A DNA stretch of 64,000 nucleotides, taken from Antedon mediterranea (lineage: Eukaryota; Animalia; Echinodermata). Position numbers and translations under genes: made by a program. The stretch spans positions 9,668,252-9,732,251 of the forward strand of contig NC_092678.1 in NCBI RefSeq assembly GCF_964355755.1, given 5' to 3'. This document shows, one piece after another, positions 1 through 9,199 of this stretch; positions within the stretch are counted from its first letter, which is position 1, and every line of letters starts with the position of its first letter. The notes below the pieces were generated by a model. The model was not told the DNA's origin and did no database searches. It saw only the letters and a list, made by a program, of their open reading frames with translations.

Positions 1-190
1 GTGATTTCAATAGTGGGTTCGAACTTCTAGGGATATTTTTTTTTTTTTTTTTTTATTTGAAAATAAATATTTTTTTTGAAGGTGAGATATTTTGAGGGTT
101 GTAAATGACAGGCCTAAACAAATGAACCTTTTTTAAAATCAGAAACAAAGTTGCATGGCATTATTTTTCATTGATTTATTATTTATTTCA

Positions 191-196
191 TATAAA
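191..196 (+). promoter_or_regulatory. TATA-like element upstream of the tRNA-like unit (representative; present in nearly every monomer)
   Basis: TATAAA lies 36 to 31 bp upstream of the predicted tRNA position 1 (227), compatible with a TFIIIB/TBP site. The region is AT-rich, so chance occurrence is possible. Confidence 0.4.
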
Positions 197-226
197 TAGA
201 GTATTATCAGCTCTTCAGTCATCTAC

Positions 227-300
227 TGGTTTGTGGCGTAGCGGGTAATGCTCAAGTTTGAGTGCTCTCACTAGTGGGTTCGAACCTCTACTGATATTTT
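227..300 (+). ncRNA. Representative tRNA-like Pol III unit inside each satellite monomer (tRNA-derived, not a canonical tRNA)
   Basis: A-box TGGCGTAGCGG at 234-244 and B-box GGTTCGAACC at 277-286 with tRNA-like spacing. D-stem GCGT/ATGC can pair. A T-run follows from ~297. Acceptor and T stems pair poorly, so a functional cloverleaf is unlikely. Transcription is inferred, not shown. Confidence 0.55.
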
Positions 301-2242
301 ATTTCTTTTTTTTTTTTAATTGAAAAAATATTGTTTTTGAAAGTGAGATATTTTGAGGGTTGTAAATGTCAGGCCAAAACAAGTGAACCTTTTTTAAAAT
401 CAGAAACAAAGTTGCATGGCATTATTTTTCATTGATTGATCATTCATTTCATATAAATAGACTATTATCAGCTCCTCAGTCACCTACTGGTTGGTGGCGT
501 AACGGATAATGCTCAGGTTTGAGTTCTCTCAGTAGTGGGTTCGAACCTCTAGGGATTTTTTTTTTTAAATTGAAAATAAATATTGTTTTTGAAAGTGAGA
601 TATTTTTAGGGTTGTAAATGTCAGGCCTAAACAAGTGAACCTTTTTTTAAATCAGAAACAAAGTTGCATGGCATTATTTTTCATTGATTGATCATTCATT
701 TCATATAAATAGACTATTATCAGCTCTTCAGTCATCTACTGGTTTGTGGCGTAACGGGTAATGCTCAGTTTTGAGTGCTCTGAGTAGTGGGTCGAACCTC
801 TAGGGATATTTTTTTTCTTTTTTTTTTAAATTGAAAATAAATATGGTTTTTGAAAGTGAGATATTTTGAGGGTTGTAAATGTCAGGCCTAAACAAGTGGA
901 CCTTTTTTAAAATCAGAAACAAAGTTGCATGGCATTATTTTTCATTGATTGATCATTCATTTCATATAAATAGACTATTATCAGCTCTTCAGTCATCTAC
1001 TGGTTTGTGGCGTAACGGGTAATGCTCAGGTTTGAGTGCTCTGAGTAGTGGGTCGAACCTCTAGGGATATTTTTTTTCTTTTTTTTTTAATTGAAAATAA
1101 ATATGGTTTTTGAAAGTGAGATATTTTGAGGGTTGTAAATATCAAGCCTAAACAAGTGGACCTTTTTTAAAATCAGAAACAAAGTTTCATGGCATTATTT
1201 TTCATTGATTGATCATTCATTTCATATAAATAGACTATTATCAGCTCTTCAGTCATCTACTGGTTTGTGGCGTAACGGGTAATGCTCAAGTTTGAGTGCT
1301 CTCACTAGTGGGTTCGAACCTCTACGGATATTTTGTTTCTTTTTTTTTTTTTATTTAAAATAAATATTGTTTTTGAAAGTGAGATGTTTTGAGGGTTGTA
1401 AATGTCAGGCCTAAACAAGTGAACCTTTTTTAAAATCAGAAACAAAGTTTCATGGAATTATTTTTCATTGATTTATTATTAGTTTCATATAAATAGAGTA
1501 TTATCAGCTCTTCAGTCATCTACTGGTTTGAGGCGTAACGGGTAATGCTCAGGTTTGAGTTCTCGCAGTAGTGGGTTCGAACCTCTACGGATATTTTTTT
1601 TCTTTTTTTTTTTTATTGAAAAAAATATTGTTTTTGAAAGTGAGATATTTTGAGGGTTGTAAATGTCAGGCCTAAACAAGTGGACCTTTTTTAAAATCAG
1701 AAACAAAGTTGCATGGCATTATTTTTCATTGATTTATTATTTATTTCATATAAATAGAGTATTATCAGCTCTTCAGTCATCTACTGGTTTGTTGCGTAAC
1801 GGGTAATGCTCAAGTTTGAGTGCTCTCACTAGTGGGTTCGAACCTCTACGGATATTTTGTTTCTTTTTTTTTTTATTTAAAATAAATATTGTTTTTGAAA
1901 GTGAGATATTTTGAGGGTTGTAAATGTCAGGCCTAAACAAGTGAACCTTTTTTAAAATCAGAAACAAAGTTGCATGGCATTATTTTTCATTGATTTATTA
2001 TTCATTTCATATAAATAGAGCATTATCAGCTCTTCAGTCATCTACTGGTTTGAGGCGTAACGGGTAATGCTCAAGTTTGAGTGCTCGCAGTAGTGGGTTC
2101 GAACCTCTAGGGATATTTCTTTTCTTTTTTTTTTTATTGAAAATAAATATTTTTTTTGAAGGTGAGATATTTTGAGGGTTGTAAATGACAGGCCTAAACA
2201 AATGAACCTTTTTTAAAATCAGAAACAAAGTTGCATTGCATT

Positions 2243-2379
2243 GTCGTGGTACGTGAGACCATGCCCGGATTGATTTGGAAGTTTTCTCCCCGGGTATCAA
2301 GCGTGCGAGGCTTGGCTCAAATGAATGCAATATCAAGACCAACAGAAAGACAACAAGTTGTTGATTGCCGTTATCAGAC
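2243..2379. other. ~137-bp non-satellite insertion of unknown origin within one monomer
   Basis: GTCGTGGTACGTGAGACC...CCGTTATCAGAC replaces ATTTTT of the normal GCATTATTTTTCATTG. The paralogous empty monomer is at ~23251-23280. CATTG occurs at both ends (2239-2243 and 2380-2384). Confidence 0.9.
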
Positions 2380-3670
2380 CATTGATTTATTATTAATTTC
2401 ATATAAATAGAGTATTATCAGCTCTTCAGTCATCTACTGGTTTGAGGCGTAACGGGTAATGCTCAGGTTTGAGTTCTCGCAGTAGTGGGTTCGAACCTCT
2501 ACGAATATTTTTTTTTCTTTTTTTTTTAATTGAAAATAAATATTGTTTTTGAAAGTGACATATTTTGAGGGTTGTAAATGTCAGGCCTAAACAAGTGGAC
2601 CTTTTTTAAAATCAGAAACAAAGTTGCATGGCATTATTTTTCATTGATTGATCATTCATTTCATATAAATAGACTATTATCAGCTCCGCAGTCATCTACT
2701 GGTTTGTGGCGTAACGGATAATGCTCAGGTTTGAGTGCTTTCAGTAGTGGGTTCGAACCTCTAGGGATTTTTTTTTTTTAAATTGAAAATAAATATTGTT
2801 TTTGAAAGTGAGATATTTTGAGGTTTGTAAATGTCAGGCCTAAACAAGTGGACCTTTTTTAAAATCAGAAACAAAGTTGCATGGCATTATTTTTCATTGG
2901 TTGATCATCCATTTCATATAAATAGACTATTATCAGCTCTTCAGTTATATACTGGTTTGCGGCGTAACGGGTAATGCTCAGTTTTGAGGGATTTCAATAG
3001 TGGGTTCGAACTTCTAGGGATATTTTTTTTTTTTTTTTTATTTGAAAATAAATATTGTTTTTGAAAGTGAGATATTTTGAGGGTTGTAAATGTAAGGCCT
3101 AAACAAGTGAACATTTTTTTCAATCAGAAACAAAGTTGCATGGCATTATTTTTCATTGATTTATTATTCATTTCATATAAATAGAGTATTATCAGCTCTT
3201 CAGTCATCTACTGGTTTGAGGCGTAACGGGTAATGCTCAGGTTTGAGTGCTCTCAGTAGTGGGTTCGAACCTATACGGGTATTTTTTTTCTTTTTTTTTA
3301 AATTGAAAATAAATATTGTTTTTGAAAGTGAGATATTTTGAGGGTTGCAACTGTCAGGCCTAAACAAGTGAACCTTTTTTAAAATCAGAAACAAAGTTGC
3401 ATGGCATTATTTTTCATTGATTGATCATCTATTTCATATAAATAGACTATTATCAGCTCTTCAGTCATATACTGGTTTGCGGCGTAACGGGTAATGCTCA
3501 GGTTTGAGTGATTTCAATAGTGGGTTCGAACTTCTAGGGATATTTTTTTTTCTTTTTTTTTTTATTTGAAAATAAATATTGTTTTTGAAAGTGAGATATT
3601 TTTATGGTTTTAAATGTCAAGCCTAATCAAGTGGACCTTTTTTTAAAATCAGAAACAAAGTTGCATAACA

Positions 3671-4130
3671 TGTAATAAATTACCATTCCCTAACATATAG
3701 AGTAACATAGTATTTACATGAACATTCTAGAATAAGATGTTTTGATTTAAGAAACCATGTATAATTAATAAGAACAATCAAGAACATTCCAGAAGTGCTA
3801 TTAATAGAAACTGTAATCATGTAATAATGAGAAGTATAAAGAATGATCTAGAAGGATAGGAGCATCTTGTATATAAAGGGATGTAAACTATTGTAAGGTT
3901 GTTGGATTAGAGGTTGGATTAGAGGTTGGATGTTATATTGTAAAGTCATTGTGAAGCTGTTGTTTAAAGTGCTTACTGGATTGTTAAAAGTTGAAGTTGA
4001 TTGAAATTAAAGCTTTGTTTTTGAGTTATTTTACAACTTTGTGGATTTTGTGTGTATACTTTTATGTCACAAGGGAGTTCCTAAAGTATTTTCAACCGCT
4101 CGGAAACATACGTGAGAGGAGTTCGTGACA
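3671..4130 (+). repeat. 5' LTR (460 bp)
   Basis: Begins TGTAATAAAT and ends TTCGTGACA. Contains TATATAAA at 3870-3877 and ATTAAA at 4006-4011. Matches 9200-9659. Confidence 0.97.
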
Positions 4131-4135
4131 TAATT

Positions 4136-4148
4136 TGGTGGCAGCGGT
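4136..4148 (+). promoter_or_regulatory. Primer-binding site complementary to the 3' end of tRNA-Leu (AAG/TAG type)
   Basis: TGGTGGCAGCGGT, 5 nt after the 5' LTR, is the reverse complement of ACCGCTGCCACCA, the 3' end of metazoan tRNA-Leu(AAG/UAG) as recalled. Confidence 0.8.
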
Positions 4149-4463
4149 TATTTCGATCTACTGTTCGACTTAACTGTGTATTTATCTACTGTTGGGATAT
4201 TTTGTGGTAGCAGTTTGATCTACTGTATTTTGCCATAGATTGGTGGCTGTTTTAGGATCAACTGTACTTTATTGATATTTTGAGGAAGCGGTACTTACGA
4301 TACTGTGATATTTTACGGAAGCCGTGGTGCTACGTTTTGTTTAATCGTAAGTACACAAACATTGTTTAAAGAACAGTAGATTATTTTATTTGGAACAGTA
4401 GACTTGTGAACGTCTCGGTAACTACGATTAACTAGTAACAAGACCCTCATCCAGATTTAAAAT

Positions 4464-7400
4464 ATGGCTGATAAACAATCAACAACAAGATCCGGTAGAG
4501 AATACAGCGGCGGCGATGAATCTGATTCTGAGGTAGAATCGGTTCAGTCAATACAACCTGAACAACAGGCAGAAGAGTCTGGACCAACCAGTGGACATAA
4601 CCCTACAGGGGCTGACTCATCTTCAAAAGATGTTTTGTTGTTGATGCAGCAGCAAATGCAGCAGCAAATGCAGCAGCAAATGCAGCAGCAAATGCAACAA
4701 CAGAATCTTATGATGCAGCAGATGATGGAACAACAAGAACGTTTACGCAAAGAAGATATGGAAAGACAAGAACGTTTACGTAGGGAAGATATGGAGAAAC
4801 AGCAAGCATTAGTAATGGCGTTAATGGACAAGCAAAAGGACAGTGAGGAGAAACGATTAAAAGACATAATGAGATTGAAGGAAGTTCAGATTGCAAAACT
4901 TTCTGATAGTGATGATATTGAAAATTATCTCACTACGTTTGAACGTATTGCTAACACCTATGAGTGGCGAAAAGAACACTGGGTAGTAAAACTAATACCT
5001 CATTTGACAGGCAAAGCAAGAGCAGCCTATGCATCACTACCAGTGACAGAAAGTAACCAGTACGACATAGTGAAGAAAGCAATATTACAAAGGTATGACA
5101 TAACTGAAGAGACATATAGGCAAAGGTTTAGGTCAATTAAAAAGAAAAGTGAAGAAAGTTATAGAGAAATGTATGTTAGGTTAAAAGATTTATTTACTAA
5201 GTGGGCTAGGCCTGCTGAAAAAAGCAAAGATGATTTAGCTGAAATTGTTATTTTAGAGCAATTAATAGATATTATGCCCACAGGGGTACAAATTTGGGTT
5301 AAAGAACATAAACCAGATTCTGGATTAAATGCTGCAGAATTAGCAGATAATTATTTTCAAGCTAGAAAAGGTATCGATTTTGAGAAAAAGTTTCAAAATA
5401 GAAAACACGAAAATAGAAACAACCAGGAGAAAACAGTGAAAGGCACTCCTGAAGTTGACAGTAAGGGTAATAATAATCCCCCTGATAACTTTCATAAATC
5501 ACATTCTGACGCTAGACAACCTCTCGTTTGTAGACGGTGCAAAAAAGTAGGCCACATAGAACGATTTTGTCGAAGTAAGGATGGCTTTTTGTCGACAAAG
5601 ACAGATACTGTTTCAAAACCATGTACACCTTACGTTTGTAGAGGCCTAGTTGAAGGATGTGATTGTGAAATTTTGATAGACTCTGGATGTGATATGACAC
5701 TTGTTCATTCTGATTTAGTAGCGGCTAAGAAAATTAATCGCGCGGAGCAAGCTAAAATTACATGCAGGTGCGTCCATGACCATGTCCAAGCCTATCCTAC
5801 TGCATTCGTCAATATTAAGGTTAATAACGAAGACCATAATTTGTTGGTTGGCGTTTGCAGCGATTTACCAAGAGATGTAATTCTTGGTAGGGACTTTCCT
5901 AAATTTGGAGACTTATTAGGGAAGGGGGATAAGAATCATGATAGGCATAGTTTTGTTGCCACTAGAGATCATGCTAGAAAAGAGAAACTAAGAGAGGAAA
6001 ACGAATTAAATTCGGAAAAAGCTTCTGGGGTTATTTCACATCAGTTAGATGATGTGGTTAATTTTCAAGAAGAATTTGGACATTTAGATGGCCAACTACT
6101 CAGTAACAACCCTCCCAAGGAAAAAGTTCATAAAACCAGAAGTGAGAAACGAAAAGTTAGGAAAGAGTTTGCAAAAACAAAGGAAGTTCAATCTAGCCAA
6201 GATAGTGAATTAGACATTTTAGATATTGGCAGAGATAAAATTAAGGATTATCAGGTTAAGGATAGAACTTTAATTTCACTTCGAGAACAGATGTTAGTAC
6301 AGAAAGATGATGACACTATAAAGATAGTCTATAAGGATGGAATTTTATTTAGGCTGGTTTTCACTAAACACCAGACAGAACCAATAGAGCAATTAGTGGT
6401 TCCATACCCTTGCCGTAATAGTGTATTGAAAGTCTCACATGATATTCCTTTGGCAGGTCATTTAGGTAGGAAAAAGACATTAGATAGGATAAAGCAGAGA
6501 TTCTTTTGGCCTGGTATTAGAAAGGATGTGACCGAATATTGCAACACTTGTGAAAATTGCCAGAAAACTTCAAAGTATAAAACTAAATTGAAGGCCCCGA
6601 TGATTCCTATGCCAATAATCAGTGAACCATTCCGCCGAATCACTATGGACATTGTTGGTCCACTAGCACGGAGTAAGACAGGAAATAAATATGTCTTGGT
6701 TATATGTGATTATGCAACTCGATATCCGGAGGCTATCCCACTGAGAAGTATTGAAGCTCCAAAGATAGCGGATGAGTTGATTAAATTATTTTCCAGGGTA
6801 GGGGTACCAACAGAAATTTTAACCGATCAAGGTTCTAACTTTACCTCTAAGTTGTTGAGTCAAATTTATAAGTTACTTTCAATTAAGGGCTTGACTACTT
6901 CTCCCTACCATCCACAAACCGATGGATTAGTGGAAAGATTTAATGGCACCCTTAAGGCTATGATTAGAAAATTTGTTCAGGATGATCCCCGAGAATGGGA
7001 TAAATTGCTTCCGTACCTATTATTTGCTTATAGGGAGGTACCGCAGGAGTCAACTGGGTTCTCTCCATTTGAATTATTGTATGGTTGGAAGGTACGAGGT
7101 CCACTTGATATAATGAAAGAAATGTGGACAGGCACGGTGACAGGTCCTCAAAGTGTGGTTTCCAACGTTGTTAAAATGAGAGATAGGTTAACTTCAATGA
7201 AAGATCTAGTCCAGGAAAACATTGAACTATCCCAAACAAGGCAAAAACAAAAATATGATCAGAAATCTGTTTGTAGAGAATTTAGTCCAGGTGATGAAGT
7301 CCTATTACTCTTACCATCTAGTAACGATGCATTAGAGGCAAAATGGCAAGGTCCTTACAAGGTTTTAAGGAAACTAGGTCCAGTAAACTATGAGGTGGAA

Positions 7401-8972
7401 ACTAATGATAAACGGAAAAAGTCAAAAGTCTACCACATAAATCTTTTAAAACAATTTCATCGTAGAACTATTGAGGTTATGCTGGCTATAAATGATGTAA
7501 CTGGACAAGACGAGGGTCAGGATAAGGACATTTCTTGGTCAAATATTTCTAGTTCCAATTTAACCTTAGATTCTGGTGAAGGATTAGATGAATCTCAGCT
7601 TTCAGATTTAGCGGAGGTGTTTTCTGAATTTGACTCAGTGTTACAGGACAAGCCAGGGAAAACTACTGTAATAAAGCATGATATTGAAATGAACCTAGGG
7701 GTACACCCAGTTAGATTAAGAGCTTATCCAATTCCTCAGGCTAAGTTAGGCAAAGTAAAAGAAGAGATAGAATCTATGTTGGAACTTGGGGTAATAGAAG
7801 AGTCTCACAGTCCCTGGTCCTCTCCTTATATCATGGTACCAAAGCCGGACGGTACAGCTCGCTTTTGCGTAAATTACAAAAAAGTGAATAGCTTGAGCAA
7901 GTTTGATGCATATCCAATGCCTCGAATAGATGAAATAATAGGCAGGGTTGGTCCTGCTAAATTTATAACAAAGTTAGATTTATGTAAAGGTTACTGGCAG
8001 GTTCCGTTAACTGAACGGTCAAAACCATATACTGCTTTTTCAACACCAATGGGTTTGTACCAATTTAAGTATTTACCATTTGGCTTGCATGGGGCTCCTG
8101 CAACGTTTCAAAGAATGATGGATCAACTGTTGCGCAAGAAAGAATCTTATGCAGCAGCTTATATGGATGATCTGGTAATATTTAGTCCAGACTGGGAAAG
8201 TCATATCCATCATCTTAGGGACATTTTTCGGACCCTCAAGCAAGCTAATCTGACAGTCAAACCTGCAAAATGTAGTTTCGCACATAGTAAAGTGCATTAT
8301 TTAGGGTATGTAGTTGGAGAGGGAATGATACGTCCTCAAAAGACTAAGGTAGAAGCGGTAGTACAATGGGAAAAACCTAAAACTAAGAAGGATGTTAAAT
8401 CTTTTCTTGGCCTGACAGGATACTACCGAAAGTTTATTCCTAATTATGCTGACATTGCAGCACCTCTAACTGATCTGACGGGGAAAAAACATCCAGATAA
8501 AATCAAATGGACGCCTGAGTGCGAAGATGCACTTGTAAAGTTAAAACAGGCGTTATGTTCAGACCCTGTGTTACGAAACCCAGATTTTAATGCAGAGTTT
8601 ATACTGCAAACAGATGCTTCAGATCGAGGGTTAGGTGCAGTACTTAGTCAACTAGGTCCTGATGGTACTGACCATCCAGTATTGTATCTTAGTCGTAAGA
8701 TGTTCCCAAGAGAACAGAATTATGCAACTATAAAGAAAGAGTGTTTAGCTATAAAATGGGCTGTCGAAAGTCTGCGATATTATCTACTAGGCAGAAAATT
8801 TAAGATAGTTACTGACCATCAACCACTCAAATGGTTGGTTGAAATGAAAGAGACAAACAAAAGACTAACTAGATGGAGTCTTGATTTACAACCTTATTGC
8901 TTTACTGTTGTACATAGAAGGGGTATTTCTAATGGTAATGCTGACGGATTGTCACGAAAACCATTAACTTAA
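4464..8972 (+). CDS. Gag-Pol polyprotein, 1502 aa (SCAN-like capsid, CCHC knuckle, aspartic protease, integrase, RT, RNase H)
   Basis: SCAN-like segment YRQRFR...LKDLFTKWARP...VILEQLIDIMP...WVKEHKPDS (~5110-5360). Knuckle CRRCKKVGHIERFC (~5529-5570). Protease LIDSGC (~5680). Integrase HHCC (HDIPLAGHLG...CENC), D-D-E (MDIVGP, TDQGSNF, VERFNGTLK) and GPY motif. RT motifs LDLCKGYWQ, PFGLHGAPATFQ and YMDD (~8160). RNase H motifs TDASD, ECLAI, TDHQPL and NADGLSR. No stops or frameshifts. Confidence 0.97.
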   Translation: MADKQSTTRSGREYSGGDESDSEVESVQSIQPEQQAEESGPTSGHNPTGADSSSKDVLLLMQQQMQQQMQQQMQQQMQQQNLMMQQMMEQQERLRKEDMERQERLRREDMEKQQALVMALMDKQKDSEEKRLKDIMRLKEVQIAKLSDSDDIENYLTTFERIANTYEWRKEHWVVKLIPHLTGKARAAYASLPVTESNQYDIVKKAILQRYDITEETYRQRFRSIKKKSEESYREMYVRLKDLFTKWARPAEKSKDDLAEIVILEQLIDIMPTGVQIWVKEHKPDSGLNAAELADNYFQARKGIDFEKKFQNRKHENRNNQEKTVKGTPEVDSKGNNNPPDNFHKSHSDARQPLVCRRCKKVGHIERFCRSKDGFLSTKTDTVSKPCTPYVCRGLVEGCDCEILIDSGCDMTLVHSDLVAAKKINRAEQAKITCRCVHDHVQAYPTAFVNIKVNNEDHNLLVGVCSDLPRDVILGRDFPKFGDLLGKGDKNHDRHSFVATRDHARKEKLREENELNSEKASGVISHQLDDVVNFQEEFGHLDGQLLSNNPPKEKVHKTRSEKRKVRKEFAKTKEVQSSQDSELDILDIGRDKIKDYQVKDRTLISLREQMLVQKDDDTIKIVYKDGILFRLVFTKHQTEPIEQLVVPYPCRNSVLKVSHDIPLAGHLGRKKTLDRIKQRFFWPGIRKDVTEYCNTCENCQKTSKYKTKLKAPMIPMPIISEPFRRITMDIVGPLARSKTGNKYVLVICDYATRYPEAIPLRSIEAPKIADELIKLFSRVGVPTEILTDQGSNFTSKLLSQIYKLLSIKGLTTSPYHPQTDGLVERFNGTLKAMIRKFVQDDPREWDKLLPYLLFAYREVPQESTGFSPFELLYGWKVRGPLDIMKEMWTGTVTGPQSVVSNVVKMRDRLTSMKDLVQENIELSQTRQKQKYDQKSVCREFSPGDEVLLLLPSSNDALEAKWQGPYKVLRKLGPVNYEVETNDKRKKSKVYHINLLKQFHRRTIEVMLAINDVTGQDEGQDKDISWSNISSSNLTLDSGEGLDESQLSDLAEVFSEFDSVLQDKPGKTTVIKHDIEMNLGVHPVRLRAYPIPQAKLGKVKEEIESMLELGVIEESHSPWSSPYIMVPKPDGTARFCVNYKKVNSLSKFDAYPMPRIDEIIGRVGPAKFITKLDLCKGYWQVPLTERSKPYTAFSTPMGLYQFKYLPFGLHGAPATFQRMMDQLLRKKESYAAAYMDDLVIFSPDWESHIHHLRDIFRTLKQANLTVKPAKCSFAHSKVHYLGYVVGEGMIRPQKTKVEAVVQWEKPKTKKDVKSFLGLTGYYRKFIPNYADIAAPLTDLTGKKHPDKIKWTPECEDALVKLKQALCSDPVLRNPDFNAEFILQTDASDRGLGAVLSQLGPDGTDHPVLYLSRKMFPREQNYATIKKECLAIKWAVESLRYYLLGRKFKIVTDHQPLKWLVEMKETNKRLTRWSLDLQPYCFTVVHRRGISNGNADGLSRKPLT
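4644..4703 (+). repeat. 12-bp coding minisatellite (ATGCAGCAGCAA)x4 plus one variant, encoding (MQQQ)5 in the Gag N-terminus
   Basis: Read directly. It is followed by an 11-aa duplication, MEQQERLRKED / MERQERLRRED. Confidence 0.92.
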
Positions 8973-9184
8973 AGCAAGGGTTACTTTACAAATAGACAAA
9001 ATAGGTTTTAATGTTTATAAGTTACTTGTTTCTTACATTTTGTTTGTAATGAGAATTTGGTTTTCACGTAATGTAGTTTGAATTTATATTCATATATTAA
9101 ACAGGGTTTCTAGGTCGAAAATGATATATTTGCCACGTCCGTGTATACTTGCCCCTCAAAACTCCAAGAAAGAGTTTTGAGCTC

Positions 9185-9199
9185 AGAAAGAGGGGGGAG
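9185..9199 (+). promoter_or_regulatory. Polypurine tract
   Basis: AGAAAGAGGGGGGAG immediately precedes the TG of the 3' LTR. Confidence 0.92.

Larger units (their letters stand above)
1..3670 (+). repeat. ~260-bp tandem satellite, tRNA-derived (left segment; continues beyond window start)
   Basis: Head-to-tail recurrence about every 260 bp of ...CATATAAATAGA(C/G)TATTATCAGCTCTTCAGTCATCTACTGGTTTG(T/A)GGCGTAACGGGTAATGCTCA(G/A)GTTTGAGT...GTGGGTTCGAACCTCTA...poly-T...GAAAGTGAGATATTTTGAGGGTTGTAAATGTCAGGCCTAAACAAGTG...AAATCAGAAACAAAGTTGCATGGCATT. Repeated ORF-track hits are 261 bp apart (1512 vs 1773). Confidence 0.97.

Noticed and set aside
227-300. Functional tRNA gene cluster (nominal anticodon GAG, Leu)
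   Set aside because: The acceptor stem does not pair, the T-stem is imperfect, position 37 is a pyrimidine, and there is no long Leu variable arm. Kept only as tRNA-derived.
2250-2258. TACGTGAGA shared between the 137-bp insert and the LTR end
   Set aside because: Only 9 bp with no flanking similarity, which is insufficient to derive the insert from this element.
2034-2402. 122-aa minus-strand ORF
   Set aside because: It is a chimera of satellite sequence and the 137-bp insert with no recognisable domain.
3264-3279. CENP-B-box-like motif TTCGAACCTATACGGG in one monomer family
   Set aside because: Spacing between TTCG and CGGG is 8 nt rather than the required 7, and the TTCG is explained by the B-box.
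3901-3931. GTTGGATTAGAG tandem in the LTR resembling telomeric repeat
   Set aside because: It is only about 2.5 copies of a 12-mer and is not TTAGGG or TTAGG. Ordinary LTR micro-duplication.
4136-4148. Idea that satellite RNA primes the retrotransposon's reverse transcription
   Set aside because: The PBS matches the canonical tRNA-Leu 3' end (ACCGCTGCCACCA), and no such sequence is present in the monomer.
4544-8297. Antisense ORFs within gag-pol, including the Cys-rich CCIC repeat ORF
   Set aside because: They are shadow frames. The CCIC repeat is the reverse complement of the MQQQ minisatellite.
8725-8750. RNase H motif reads TIKKECLAI rather than the usual T.EKECLAI, a possible inactivating change
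   Set aside because: The presumed catalytic Glu (in ECLAI) and the three Asp motifs are retained, so loss of function cannot be claimed.
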